From Octopus sinensis (Eukaryota), in contig NW_021833866.1 in NCBI RefSeq assembly GCF_006345805.1, positions 1-54,332 of the forward strand: DNA of 54,332 nt. Direction: 5' to 3'. Positions 1 to 13,246 of the stretch are shown piece by piece. Each line of letters begins with the position of its first letter. Within the stretch, counting starts at the first letter, position 1. Under the pieces are notes generated by a model. It ran no database searches and was not told where the DNA came from. It saw only the letters and a program-made list of their open reading frames with translations. Both the position numbers and the translations under genes were made by a program.

Positions 1-495
1 GCCGAGTCGTTTTGGAGGCTCCAAGGTGTTCCTTGAAAGTGCTCATTCGGCTATGGATGCAGTTCAGCTTTCAGAATGTCGCTAGTGTATCGCCGCTTGT
101 CAATTTTAACAAACGAAGATACAAAAACCAAGTGTGACTTTCTAGTGGCTGTCACAGCCGCCGCCCAAACCATAACTGACTCTGGATTTTGACATCGATT
201 TACGAGTTTACTCTCGACGGAGCCAGATACACTCCAAAGTCTCTTGAAATTTCTTGAGAATTTCCCAGACTGTTGTTCGGTTAATTTTAAACCGTTTTTT
301 TATGTTGTTTTAATTATAGCTGAATTACTTTCGCCTCCTTTGTGGAGCCTTATGATTATATTTCGGTCTATAGCCATTATTTAATTTATTTAGTCTGAAA
401 CAATAAAGGAGACACTTAACTTTTATAATTCTCATATCACATTTAGTTATTAAAGCCCGAAACTTTGGCTGCCTTAATTTCGGAGCCCAATTTAT
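1..495 (-). mobile_element. Tc1/mariner (maT/DD37D-like) transposon relic with internal deletion; runs off the window start
   Basis: The minus strand from ATG at 377 reads MAIDRNIIIRLHKGGESNSAI..KRFKINRTTVWEILKKFQET (HTH). It is joined directly to GSVESKLVNRCQNPESVMVWAAAVTATRKSHLVFV...HFQGTPWSLQNDSA (catalytic region), with a stop and frameshifts. The outer boundary near 495 is approximate. Confidence 0.8.
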
Positions 496-496
496 A

Positions 497-912
497 TCTA
501 TGTATGTATATGCATATACTTATATAACTACACATACAAAACACACACACACACACACACATGCATAATGTGTCTATACATATATATTCGTGTATGAATA
601 CATGTGTATGTATCTAGATATATATATGAATGTGTAAATATTCATAAATATAATATTTATATATAGATATACATATACATATATGTATATGTCAGTATAC
701 ATACATGCATGCATACACACAGATATATACATACACGCATGTATGCACGCTAATATATACATACACACATACATACATGCATACACGCATATTCACATAC
801 ATACATACATGCATGCATACATACATACATACATACATACATACATACATACATACATACATACATACATACATGCATACACGCACACATACATACATAC
901 ATACATACACAT
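497..912. repeat. Compound (TA)n/(CA)n/(TACA)n microsatellite
   Basis: Read directly; explains the MYVC/HTYI ORFs. Confidence 0.95.
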
Positions 913-928
913 AAGTAGTGTAAGCGCA

Positions 929-1000
929 CAAACGTTACAAATGCAATCTCTAAGTGGAACAGTAAAAATATACAAGACTTTCTTGAAGTCCGATGCTTAA
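929..1000 (+). mobile_element. Extreme 3' coding fragment of a Dong/R4-like non-LTR retrotransposon
   Basis: QTLQMQSLSGTVKIYKTFLKSDA* matches the C-termini of the relics at 14760-14990 and 17100-17680. Confidence 0.45.
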
Positions 1001-1446
1001 TATTTATTGTTGTTGTAATCCAAACTGTAATGATTGATTTTTTGGCTTCTTCGTGAGACACCAATTCCCGGTTTAAAGAAAAAATACAAATATAAATTTT
1101 AAAATGATGAAAACATACCCCTATTTCTTCATTAGGGGACACATTGACACGCAATGAATCCAATGAATACTAGTTACTGATTTAAGGGTCATAATATAAA
1201 GAAAAATCCCATAACTTTATGCTGATTGATATACAATCTTTCTTTTCTTTCTTTTTCTGTTTTTTTTTCGCGGGGGTGGGGGTGCCAGAAATGCCGGTAA
1301 TTCTCTGCTTCCATCAATACGGCTATTTAACGTGAACCATTTCCTATCATACAGAATTTAAGGCTGATATATTTTCATGTTTAAAACATTTCCACGGCAA
1401 CTAAATTACATGGATGGGTGAATACAAATGATTGGCAAATTTAGTG

Positions 1447-1908
1447 CTACACACACACATGCATACAATCATATATACACACAAAATATATATATATTTC
1501 CATCTTTATATATGAGTATATATGTATATATACGCACACACAGGCACACGCGGATACATATAGATATACATACATATATATATACATATATATACATATA
1601 TACATGTATATATATACATATATATACAGATATACATGCATATATATACATAAATATACATATATACATATATATAAACATAAATATACATATATACATG
1701 TATATATATATACATAAATATACATATATACACGTATATATAAACATAAATATACATATATAAATATATATATATATTATACATATTACATATATATACA
1801 ATAATATATATATATATATATATTCATATACATATGTATATCATATATATACATATATACATATATCTATATATATATATTATATACCTATATATGTATA
1901 CACACACA

Positions 1909-1951
<43 letters not shown>

Positions 1952-2060
1952 TATATAACATTTATATGTAAATACATATATATTTATACATACATACATA
2001 TATACATGCAAACATGTATATACACACACACATACACATATGTTTGTATGTATGTATTAT
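1447..2060. repeat. Compound (TA)n/(TACA)n microsatellite
   Basis: Read directly. Confidence 0.95.
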
Positions 2061-2224
2061 TGAGTTCTAATTGTTTGTCACGTGATGTGATCTCGCACTG
2101 CGTTGTTGTTGACTAAAACACAATTACATCATGAAAGAGTTATAACAACCATTTAAAATACACACACACACACACACACATACACACACGTAAACTCACA
2201 GAAACATCATTAAAATCTTATTTC

Positions 2225-2277
2225 GTTTTTCAAATGTAGCATCATTATTATTACTATTATTTTTATTATTATTATTA

Positions 2278-2331
<54 letters not shown>

Positions 2332-2482
2332 TATGTTTGACTTTTGCTTTACATTTGTACAAGTTGGTTCCAACTCTCACCCAGAGACCTCAAGAGACAA
2401 CAAACTGGAAGTGTTATACCTAGAATGCCATATATTTGGTTTTGTACTTTGTGTTGTACTAGTGAATTTTTAAGAAACCATA

Positions 2483-2535
<53 letters not shown>

Positions 2536-2650
2536 CACTATTATCATTATTATTATCATTATCATCATTATCATCATCATTATTACTATTATCATCATCA
2601 TCATCATTATTACTATTATTATTATCATTATTATTATTATTATTATTATG
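2225..2650. repeat. (ATT)n/(ATC)n trinucleotide arrays
   Basis: Arrays at about 2225-2330 and 2480-2650. Confidence 0.95.
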
Positions 2651-2771
2651 CCATATTGTCAAAACATTGCATGATGTCTCTCTGACCTGGTAACTGGCAA
2701 CTCCATACACTACACGGCCCCTGCAGTGTTATTCTTGCTCGTCTCTTTTGTTGTTGTTGCTTTTGTGCCAG

Positions 2772-3020
2772 TTACATTGTTGTTGTTGTTGTTAATGTTG
2801 GTGGGGTGGGTATGGTATTAGAGCTGGTTGTTCTTGATGATGTTGGTGGTGGTGGTGGTGATGGTGTTGTTGCTGCTTCTGCTGCTGCTGCAGCTGGTGG
2901 TCGTGGAAGTAGTTTTTCTTGTAGTGAATGGGTTTTATTTTTGGTTGTTAACGATGATGATGATGTTTTTGAGGTCGCCATTGTTCCTTTTATTGTGCTT
3001 GAAAACAACAACGCAGCCAT
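2772..3020 (-). other. Candidate low-complexity ORF or first coding exon (82 aa, S/T/P/A-rich); unverified
   Basis: ATG in strong context (GTG-ATG-G), reading MAALLFSSTIKGTMATSKTSSSS...PPPPPTSSRTT; no recognisable domain; may be a product of trinucleotide repeats. Confidence 0.15.
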
Positions 3021-3994
3021 CACCGCCACCACACACACACTCTCTCTCCCTCTCTCTCTCACACACACACACATACACATAGATAGAGAGAGAGAGAGAG
3101 AGCGAGTGAGTTTTGTGAAAGTAATAACAAAAAAAAGCCATTCCATCCAGCGAGAGATAAACATCATTTGGTATACACTGTGTTTAAATAAGGGCTTCTA
3201 ATAGTTTCTTGGTGGTTTGGCAGGTTTTTATAACGTTTCTCGTATCTCCAAGCAATCTTCAGGCTCTGGGCACGTGGTTTGATCTATTTGAAAATCTGGA
3301 CGCTGGTACACAAGAAATCACAAGAAAAGAAGAGAAGTTTGATGCATAAAAGTAGAATGAGAAGACAAAGGGTGAATAAAAACCGGAAAAGAAAGGGAAA
3401 AACAGGAAGTTAGAGTTACGTCCCCCTTGATCGTAGATGTCATAATTAAACTAGATGTTGTAGAGCATCAATGGACAGGGATCCAAATTCTGCGAAAATC
3501 TGCTCAACTCGGAACGGTTGATGCCCTCCAGTTCGCCAAAAGAAATTTGAAGAACACTACCATCTGATATCAAATTATTCAGCACCGCATCAACGACGAA
3601 TCAACGCCAAACAGGCTGCGCCAAAATGTATGTACCAAAATGTTTCATACCCAATACACTTAACTGTAAATAGGTACCACCATGTGGTACAACAATACAT
3701 TTGACATTATATGGTGCTCTGTGGAGGTTGGGGTTAGTTTATTGATGCAGTCACCTTTGGTAACCGTATAAATGTCTCCAGTTCGGTTTTGTTATCTTGG
3801 AGATGCTGAGCTAAGCTGGTTGCAATCGTCTCTCGGGAGAATCCTGGGAGTAACTTCTATTGAAGGAAACTGGAAACCAATGCAATGTGTTCTGTTTCTG
3901 GTCAACAAAATTCTTGCTTCCTCTGCAAGATCGGTGAAAAGAGGGCGATGACATATCAGTGTGTAGCAATTAGGGTTGTAAGACAATAGAGCAT

Positions 3995-4043
<49 letters not shown>

Positions 4044-5115
4044 CAGCAGCAGCAGCAGCTGCAGCACCCGCAGCAGCAGCAAGACACGAAGGGGTAAAAC
4101 TGAGTTTAGTTAAAACAAATTTTAAGATTTATGCAGAATACGTAAAATTATATCTGTGGGGGGGGGAGAAAGACAGATAGACAAGGAAGAGAGGGGGAGG
4201 GAGAGCTAAAGATAGAAACTTATTTACGTAAACAACCACACACACCACGTGTGTGTGTGTGTGTGTGTGTGTGTGATGCAATGATCGACAAGAAACCCCG
4301 ATGATTCTGCTTACAAGAAACTAAATTTTCCTCATTATTACCGAATTCTTGATTCTGTCTTTCTCTCCTCCTCCTCTCTTTCTTTCTTTTTCTCCCACCC
4401 TCCTCTCATGTTTTTTATTATAGGTATATATTTGTATATATTTTTATGTACATATACATATATACACACACACACATATACATATTCGTATAAATACATA
4501 CATGTGTGTATATATATATGTATGTATTTGCATGCGTGTGCTTGTGTGTGTGTATGTGCATGTATGTATGAGTGTGTGAGTATGTCTAAGTGTGCGCGTG
4601 TGTAATGTGATTTCGCAGATATTCCATCCGAAGCCGTGTATGGTGAAAGCGATATCGTTGTGCCGTGGACGGTTTAAGATGCGAATGAGGAAAAACCCCT
4701 GAATCATTGAAATCGTTTAGAAGGCCACAGTTGCGTAACGAATACCTTATGACAAACTAATCATTAATTAATGAAAGAATTAATTGCTTGACAATAATAT
4801 TCAAACGAACGACTGCCATTTCGCGTGGTTTCTTATTGCTACTGTAACTCGCCTAAAGTACACAATACCTACACACATACATGTATGTATATATACGTGT
4901 ATATATGTATATACGTACAAACTTATATACAAATATATGCATATATAGGCTTGTACACACACACATGTATGTATACAAACATTTGTATGTATGGTTGTAC
5001 AATATGTTTTTTCAGACCACCAACGTTTGTCACGTGTACCCTTCCAGGTGGCGCTGATGCTTAATAAGCTTGCTCTTGTTCATATCACCTTCATTGGGCA
5101 AAAGATGATCCATAA

Positions 5116-5164
<49 letters not shown>

Positions 5165-5167
<3 letters not shown>

Positions 5168-5536
5168 TATATTAGAGATAAAACCACTATGAGGCAACCC
5201 AAGCAGTGATAGACATAAACCAATACATAAATAACAAAAAATATAAATATAATTAATATAAAATTTACAATTTAAATTTTTTAATTCTTATATTTTTAAC
5301 TTTTTTTTTATTAATTAACCAAAACGTTTTCCGTTTTAAAATATTAGTTAATGACACGATTTTGAAAGCTAAGTAAACCTTTTCTATTTATGATTTTAAA
5401 TTATCTTAATAAGTTTTATTGTATTATATTGTATACTATATAACTACTGATTGTTAATTTAATTTATATTCATACTGTGAAATTTGAATTAATCCTAAAT
5501 CTAATTTTTCCCGGTAAATTTGGATATAATCCCTAA

Positions 5537-5545
<9 letters not shown>
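5165..5545 (+). repeat. AT-rich dispersed repeat (probably Penelope-derived); same family as 24875-26030
   Basis: Head ATTAGAGATAAAACCACTAT and tail TTAATCCTAAATCTAATTTTTCCC..CCCTAATATT recur at 24875/25945 and 25960-26030. Confidence 0.6.
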
Positions 5546-5580
<35 letters not shown>

Positions 5581-5583
5581 TAT

Positions 5584-5617
<34 letters not shown>

Positions 5618-5622
<5 letters not shown>

Positions 5623-5755
5623 AAGATTAATCAGCCGAAATTGCGAGGATGATCTGGTTCTTGACTGAAGATTGAAGGCTTCGAATGTCCCGTCCGTGTT
5701 TTTTTGTATCGTCTTCTAAATGTTTTGCGTTCTTGTCCCAGTTTGTATTTTTTAC

Positions 5756-5758
<3 letters not shown>
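5618..5758 (+). repeat. Dispersed repeat, second copy inverted at 46450-46590 (likely PLE terminal repeat)
   Basis: TCAAGATTAATCAGCCGAAATTGCG...CTTCGAATGTCCCGTC is nearly identical to the reverse complement of 46520-46590. Confidence 0.75.
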
Positions 5759-5808
<50 letters not shown>

Positions 5809-6437
5809 TATATATGGAGTTAAACGCAGGTGTTATTCAAATTCTTTTACTTCCGACACATGTTTCGAAGATATCGCTAGTATTATTCCAAAGGAATAAA
5901 ATCGTGTAGAACAATGTAATCTTCTCTTCAGGGAAGTGAAAAAACGAAACTCGTCAATAAGACATTTTAATAGAATATGATGGATATGTGTAGTGATTAA
6001 CTGAACGCTATTAAGTTAGTTTTTTAAAAAAAACTCTAGAGGATATAACGTCAAATGTAGCCTATAGAAAGAGGAGGGGTAAAGGAAAGAAAAAAACCCC
6101 AAATAAATGAGAAGTATATAACGATATGTATATTAAATAAAACCCTAAAATCTTGGAAAAAGATATATCTAGTGAATGGGAAATGTAAGAAGAAAATTAA
6201 TGTTTAAATTAAATATAATGATAGATATTACTTATATGAACTAAAGGTATGTTTCTGCCAATGTTAACATCAGTATGCACGCTCTATAACGGTGTTTACA
6301 AGGGGATTTTTAGAAAAAAGAATAAAAAATATTCAGAATTACAGAGAAGACTTGCCTTTATCATAAGGTATCGAAATTGAGAGAATCAAGCAATCTAAAT
6401 TAAATTGTTTATTGTGGTCTTTTAGATACCAAATTAA

Positions 6438-7528
6438 TTTACTAAGCCCTGCTCCTTCAGCTTGGAGAACAACCAAAAGTCACCGGCAACAAGGTCTGGA
6501 CTGTAGGGAGGATGAGGGATAGCTTTGATGCCCATCGCTGTCAAGTCGCTGGTTACCAAGATGGAACTGTGGACTTGTGCATTGTCTTGATGCATTGTTT
6601 TGGTGCATGTTCCACAAACGCCAGTGGAAGAGCTCTGGCCTTTTGTGACGAAAACTCTTCTTGAACGCTATCCTCAGAGCCTCCACAAAATTCTCTTTGT
6701 TGACCGCCTGGTACGAAGGAAACCAGTGGATATGGATGATACACTTGCTGTTGAAAAGGGGGATCATAAGCTTTGCCTGGCCTTCTTGGGTTTGAGGGAT
6801 CCATTAGGTACTCTGTCTCTTGGTCTCCAGATCATAACTGTAGGTCCAACTTTCGCCACAGGTCACCAGAGCAACACAAGTATTCTTGTACTAGCGGCAA
6901 TAAGGTCAACCACCACCCTTCTATCACCAACGCGTCTTTCCTTTTGTTTGTCAATGAGCAACAACCTGTGAACAAACTTTGCGTAAATTTTGCGCATATT
7001 CAGATCTTCATGAACAAATTCTGTGTACATTTGATGCACCAACTCTCCAGACTCCCCGCTTATTGTTTTTATTGACACACGACGGTCTTCATCCAGAACA
7101 TTGCCTATTTTCTCAACCAGTTCTAATCATCTGGACGTCCCCCTCTCCCTCCCTCATCGTCTCTCGCCTCTTCCCTGTCGTTCTTCAACCTCTTGTCTCT
7201 TACGAAAAACAGGTGCTCCACTCATACAAGTTAATCTACAAACGGTCTGCAGCTTTCAATATGTTTATGTGGCGTTTTGGCTCAGTTTAACACAAAACTT
7301 TATTGCATGGCGAGCTTCCAAATTGTTTCCGTGTCCTGACTGCATTCTGCAAACTAGTCAGGAGGCTGTGCTCGTACAGCTGTGTCCCCTTCATTCTGGA
7401 ATTTTAAAAACGTTGCCAGGTCAGCTTATTAGATGTGTATTGATGATAGACTAAAATTGCAATAATCTAGGATGGTTATATCTGCGTTTCCTAAAAGAAA
7501 GTATCAAAGCTTTAGGAATGCATCTAGT
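6438..7528 (-). mobile_element. mariner (DD34D) transposon relic, 3'-truncated, many stops and frameshifts
   Basis: Minus-strand fragments from ATG 7345: EARHAIKFCVKL (HTH), EDLNMRKIYAKFVHRLL, TCGESWTYSYDLETKRQSTQW, MIPLFNSKCIIHIHW, HQNNA, DFWLFSKLK. Confidence 0.9.
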
Positions 7529-7778
7529 ATACACACACACACATATATATATATATATAACGTTGTGTGTGTCCCTCGGCCATTTTTCCTTCTGTCCGAA
7601 ACGTCAAAACTCTCCTTTCTAAGTGTTAAATTAATGCATTTTTAAAACTTTTCTCTCGTGTTGTCTTCGTTCTTTTTGTACTCATTGCATTCATTATATA
7701 TACGTGCATATATGTACACACACACACACACACACAAATATACATACATAAATACATACATACATGCATGCATTCATA

Positions 7779-9359
7779 CACTGGCCAAAATAAGTTTAAG
7801 ACCGATGATAACAGTTCTATTCCTTCATTAATTTATTTTAAACAAAACTGTATCATATTATATTACGTTTTGCCGTTTGTGTAGAAGTTTTTTCTCTTTC
7901 AAATGATACAGGGGTTATATATCTTTCTACAGTTTGAATAATTCTAACGCGCAATTAATTAAAATGATTAAAAACTGTCAGCAAAATAAATTTAAGACCG
8001 TACCATGATTATACAAATTAATAAACCAAATGGGTAGTCGTACTGCTCTGTTTTTTTAACAATCGAACATTGTTACATATTAATTCGCTATGGAAAAGCG
8101 TCGTAATACCAGTCCGGTTACTAGATCAAAGATCGTGTGGCTTCATCAGCAAAATGTGTCCTTCATGAACATTAGCAAGCAATTAAGATGCAGCAAAACG
8201 GCTTGTGTTCAAGCATGGAAGCTTTACCAAGCCATTGGCCAATACAAAGATCGGCGCTCCGAGAAGAACAACAGTATAGCTGGATCGGCGAGTTCATAGG
8301 CTCTCTGAAGGTAACCGAATGTTAACAGCAGTGGACATTTGCAAGCAATTATCTGATGAAACTGACATCAGCTTTACCCCACAAACTGTCAGAAACTGCC
8401 TAAAAGAATTTGGACTGTTCGGCCTGATCGCTCGAAAGAAGTCGATGATTTCTGAGACGAACCGGCGGAAGCGAATCAAGTTTGCTAAAAGCCATATTGA
8501 ATGGACGTTTGAAGACTGGTCAAAAATTTCTTTGGAGCAATGAATCTCGCTTCTGCATCTTAGGATCAAACGGAAAGATTGAACCAAAGATGCAAAGACA
8601 CCATCCAACTGAAGAATTCCATCCTAAGTGTGTCAAGAAATCGGCAGGCGGTGGGGTAACGGTGTGAGCTATGTTCAGCAGCTTAGGTGTTGGTCCAATT
8701 GTTAAGGATGATGGCAGACTGAACAGTGTAGGTTATCTGCAATTAGTAAGTGAAAATGTGCTGCCATATTTAAGTAATCAGATGCCACCGGGATTTATTT
8801 TTCCAGCAGAACAATTACCCCGTTCATAAGGCTAGAAAAGTTTTGCAATATTTTAAGCGCAATAATATGGTGGTTCTTGAGTGGCCTCCACAGAACCCGG
8901 ATTTGAATCTGACAGAAAATTTATGGAATTATGTTTCTAAAAGAGTTCATGCTTAAAAAAAACCAACAAATTTGGCCCAATTATATAATTTTATTAATGG
9001 CAGGACATTGCAAATGATTTTTGTGCTCATTTGTCGAACTCCATGTCCATATTGAAAATAATGGCTATGGAACTAGATACTAATAATAAATTTTTGTTTG
9101 TTGATCATTTGTGCTATAAATTTTCAATTTAAAGAAAATAATGTTGGTACAATCTTAAACTTATTTTGCCCACAATTTTTAATCATTTCAATTAATTGCA
9201 CATTAAGATCATTCAAATTGTAAAAAGATATCTAACGCCTGTATCATTCGAAAGAGAAAAAACTTTTACACAAACGGCAAAACGTAATATAATCTGATAC
9301 AGTTTTGTTTTAAATAAATTAAAGTAGGAATAGAACTGTTATCATCGGTGTGGCTAGTG
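7779..9359 (+). mobile_element. Full-length but inactive Tc1 (DD34E) element of IR-DR type with TA target duplication
   Basis: TA|CACTGGCC...GGCTAGTG|TA; TIRs about 7779-8004 and 9146-9359 carrying CAAAATAAGTTTAAGA direct repeats; transposase 8090-8956 in pieces (WSNESRF, FQQNNYP, WPPQNPDLNLTENLW). Confidence 0.93.
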
Positions 9360-10189
9360 TATATAGGTATAGGCATATTTGTATGTACACACACGGACAC
9401 ATAGATAGATAGATAGATATAGATAGATAGATACATACATACATACATACATACATACAACACACACATATATGCACACCTATACACACACACACACACA
9501 ACACACACACACACCACACACACACACACGTATATAGGCATATTTGTACGTACATATAAATATAGGTATGCATGCGCGTATCAATGCAATGACATTCAAA
9601 CCATTCGGCATTCTATTTATACACGTCGTTATTTCATTTCATTCGCTGATACCTTTTGCCTTATTATTTATCTCTTTGTCCACCCACATCTAAATGTTAG
9701 AGGGCGGTGCGGATGCTGCTGCCGATGATGATGATGATGGTGGTAGGGTTAATAGCAGTGGTGGTGATGGTGTTAGTTAAGCTACGGTTGTAAAGAGAAT
9801 CGGCGTGGTGCTATTCAGGCCGACTGCCAAGAAAGACATCCATAAGTTGGTTGGTTGACAAACTTCGGCTCCACCAACACCACCAACATCACCACCACCT
9901 CCATCTTCATTATCAACATAACTACCATCGCAACCATCACACCTCTACCACCACCATCACCCCAACTGCTCTTAGCGTAACACCCTGCGCCACCACCATC
10001 ATCATTATCTTCATCAACACCACACCACCACGATATCAACATAATCACATGAACTGAACGTTCCGTCACCGACCTGTGCCGCCACGCTTCCAAAGTTGTG
10101 ACCTGTTTATAACCAGTAGGCCCGCTGGAAATGGCAGTCAAAATCTGCCTTAAATCACTCTATACCGTGTTTTGAACGAAAGATCACAC

Positions 10190-10380
10190 TCTTTTACTTA
10201 TTTCAGTTGACTGTGGCCATGCTGGAGCACTGCCTTTAGTCGAGCAAATCGACCCCAGGACTTATTCTTTGTAAGCCTAGAACTTATTCTATCGGTTTCT
10301 TTTGCCGAACCGCTAAGTTACGGGGACGTATACACACCAGCATCGGTTGTCAAGCGATGTTGGGGAGACACAGACACACA
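10190..10380 (-). mobile_element. Octopod tRNA-derived SINE, 3' half (extra internal fragment at 10465-10546)
   Basis: GGCCATGCTGGAGCA...GAGCAAATCGACCCCAGGACTTATTC...GCCGAACCGCTAAGTTACGGGGACGT is shared with copies at 13808, 18640 and 38385. Confidence 0.85.
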
Positions 10381-10390
10381 AACATACTCA

Positions 10391-10441
<51 letters not shown>

Positions 10442-10579
10442 GCATATATAAATATACATATATACGACGAACAAATCGACCCTAGGACTTATTCTTTTTA
10501 AGCTTAGTATTTATTCCATCGGTGTCTTGTGCCGAACCGCTAAGTTCAAGTTTACAGAAAACAAAAGATGAATATAAAT

Positions 10580-10745
10580 GAGGCAACAAAAAGCAGGTTT
10601 AACGGTCGGAAAGAATGGGAAGAGTTTTTGACGTTTCGAGCCGACGCTCTTCGACAGAAAGGACTGAGAGGAAAAATGGAGAGAGTACGAAAACAGAAAA
10701 AAAAACGGCGAGAGAAAAAATATGCACGGATTAACGGTTCAACAT
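10580..10745 (-). mobile_element. Penelope-like terminal repeat (pLTR) fragment carrying a hammerhead-like motif (10626-10661)
   Basis: Reverse complement reads CTTT-CTGTCGA-A-GAGC-GTCG-GCTC-GAAAC-GTC-AAAA; same family as 50030, 52154 and 53181. Confidence 0.7.
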
Positions 10746-11714
10746 ATTGAATAATTTATATCGAGCGTGGGGGGGGTGTCTTATCCATCCTTCAATACTG
10801 ATATCTTTAACTGAGCAAGCCATAACTTCTATTCTAATAATTCACTAGCTAAAAGTGTAAAACTTATTTGTTTCATAAAATTTCCCATCCCCACGCAGCA
10901 GAATGAAACCAAGAAGAGGAAAACAATTTCATTTAATCCTAGAAGTGACATTGGACACAACCAGGAATTTCCTAATGCTCAGCAATTCTCACTCACGCAC
11001 CAGAATATCAACTCTCACAACATTAAGGCTAATTATTCTTGTATGGACAACGTAACTTTTCAGATTCAATGAGAGCTCTGCAAACACTTCCGAGCGCGGC
11101 GCACACATACACACACACAGTCACCACCCCACTAACAAATTAGAAACTTTCCGATATGTGCATTTAGGAATCCTCCCTCTTGAGAGAAGTCGCATAACGT
11201 GCAAAGGTAGCATATCCGAGCGATATTGAAAATATATGGATATAAAGATAAACTCTTTCAAGCGCCGCTTCCTTCAACATCTACACTCATTCAGATCAAA
11301 ATGCGCGGATAATGCTATATTTCTGTTGCAGTTTATCTGAAACTCAGAAACCAAGAGCGAGTGTGCGCTTCATTGACATGATGCAGGATTAAGAGGGTAA
11401 CTCGTAGATTAGCAAGGGAAGAAAATGTAGGTACCAACTGACAAACTTGAAATCTTGAAGCAACTGGTGCAATCTCTTAATCCAGAGCTAGAAGCATTGT
11501 CCAATGCTCACCATCCGGGAGAGGTTTTTCCTCGAAAATTTCCAAAATCGTAACTCGGAAAAATCGGTTGCAAAATCCTTTTTAGCCAGTCTCAAACGGC
11601 TTAGCGTAGTTACCGCCCTTCGAGGCGATAACTCTCCTCGATGAGAAACAGCCTCTACAATGAGAAATATGACCTAGTCTCAGTACACATATATACATAT
11701 GACCTCGTGAGACC

Positions 11715-11900
11715 ACTTGCATTTTTTTCCCTCTGTCCTCCCACCTCGGGATCTTTCTTTCTCCTATGTTTCCGACGAAGAGCTCCGCTCGAAACGTCAT
11801 ACCCTCCTTCTTCCCTTTTTTCCTGAGCGCCTAATAATACTTTAATTGTTCCACCTCCTTGCGTTGTTGTCTTTTTTGTTTTCTTGTTTGGATTAACTTT
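11715..11900 (+). mobile_element. pLTR-like repeat with a decayed hammerhead-like motif (11768-11802)
   Basis: CCGACGA-A-GAGC-TCC-GCTC-GAAAC-GTC followed by a pyrimidine-rich tail like the other pLTR copies. Confidence 0.6.
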
Positions 11901-12492
11901 ATATATATACATATATACACATGCATGCATATATACATACATACATAAGCCTGTATAAGAGATAAACATGTTTGTATGTATGCATGCATGTAAGTTTATA
12001 TAAGAAATGCGCATACACACACACATGCACGTGTATTTGAGGCGTGTGTATTCGTGAAGCCCGAAGCAAATTAGACGCTCCTTGATTATTATCAGCGGCA
12101 GACAATTGCACATTTTTGAGAAAACAACTTGGTTTGTTCATTCCGTCTCGCAGACCTGTCACCTTTCCTTTTTCACACCAACAGTTGGAGTTTATCTTCA
12201 GCAGATACCAGACGACAATGAACACTAATATTACATCTAAGAATAAACAGGACCGAAATGGAAACGACTGTAGGCATATCTACATTAAAATAAACATATA
12301 TTCTAGAGTAAAGGTGTACGAAGGTAGAAGACTTACTGATTGTGTTTCGTAAATGTACCTAGTTTTCAATAACAGAATTATGCTCCAGCTAAATGTGTTT
12401 ATTTTAATGTACATGCCTCAAGTGGCAATTAATTCCAATAATCTCTTTCTCTTTCTCCGCGTCCCTCTTCCCCATTCAACCCTACATAAGTG

Positions 12493-12563
<71 letters not shown>

Positions 12564-13062
12564 TATATATACACAACACACATACACACAAATGAATTCT
12601 TGTTTGTGGCGCCTCTCATAAATTCTTTAGGGATACAAAGCTGATGAATTTTGAGAACTGTTTAGATTATAAAGCTTGCAATTCCAATCCTGTTAAGACT
12701 GCACTTGTTTTGTGTACTTTTAAAGTTGATTGTTTATGCAGATGGACAACGAGTTCGAACCTTGTTAATTCTCAATTTGCTATATAAACACCATGGTTTA
12801 TATAGCACACCTTGTAGCGCGTATATATAATTTAACAGAATTTAAATTTCTTTCCTTTGGTTAAGGATGTCTCGTTATTTGTTCTTTCCTTTATTTTGTT
12901 ATAGTAGGTCCCCACTGTTGCACCTATGTTTCAGAAACACAATCCAGTACCTCCATGGGGTACGTTTATATTAAATCACATGCCTTAAAGTGGAATTCAC
13001 TCACTTGGCATACATTAACATGTTTTTAGTATATGCATATGTATGTGTATCTATACATTAAC

Positions 13063-13093
<31 letters not shown>

Positions 13094-13211
13094 TGGGTAT
13101 GCATATGTAATTATGTGTGTATGAGCGTGCGTGCATAGTAGTGTATATATATATATATATATAATATATATATATATATACACATTCAAAAAATATATAT
13201 ACACATAAACA

Positions 13212-13246
<35 letters not shown>

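Noticed and set aside
5660-5700. CTGAAGA...GAATGTC as a hammerhead (also 46520-46560)
   Set aside because: The 3' core is GAAT and there is no convincing stem I; the alternative TCGAAG/CTTCGA hairpin consumes the core
8333-8345. CTGATGA heptamers inside the Tc1 ORF, the Helitron (about 25161) and at about 12641, 29770 and 51804
   Set aside because: No stem II or GAAA partner; expected by chance
12778-12807. Short inverted repeats (12-bp arms here; also about 3695, 23765 and 50815)
   Set aside because: Short and AT-rich; compatible with chance or decayed repeats
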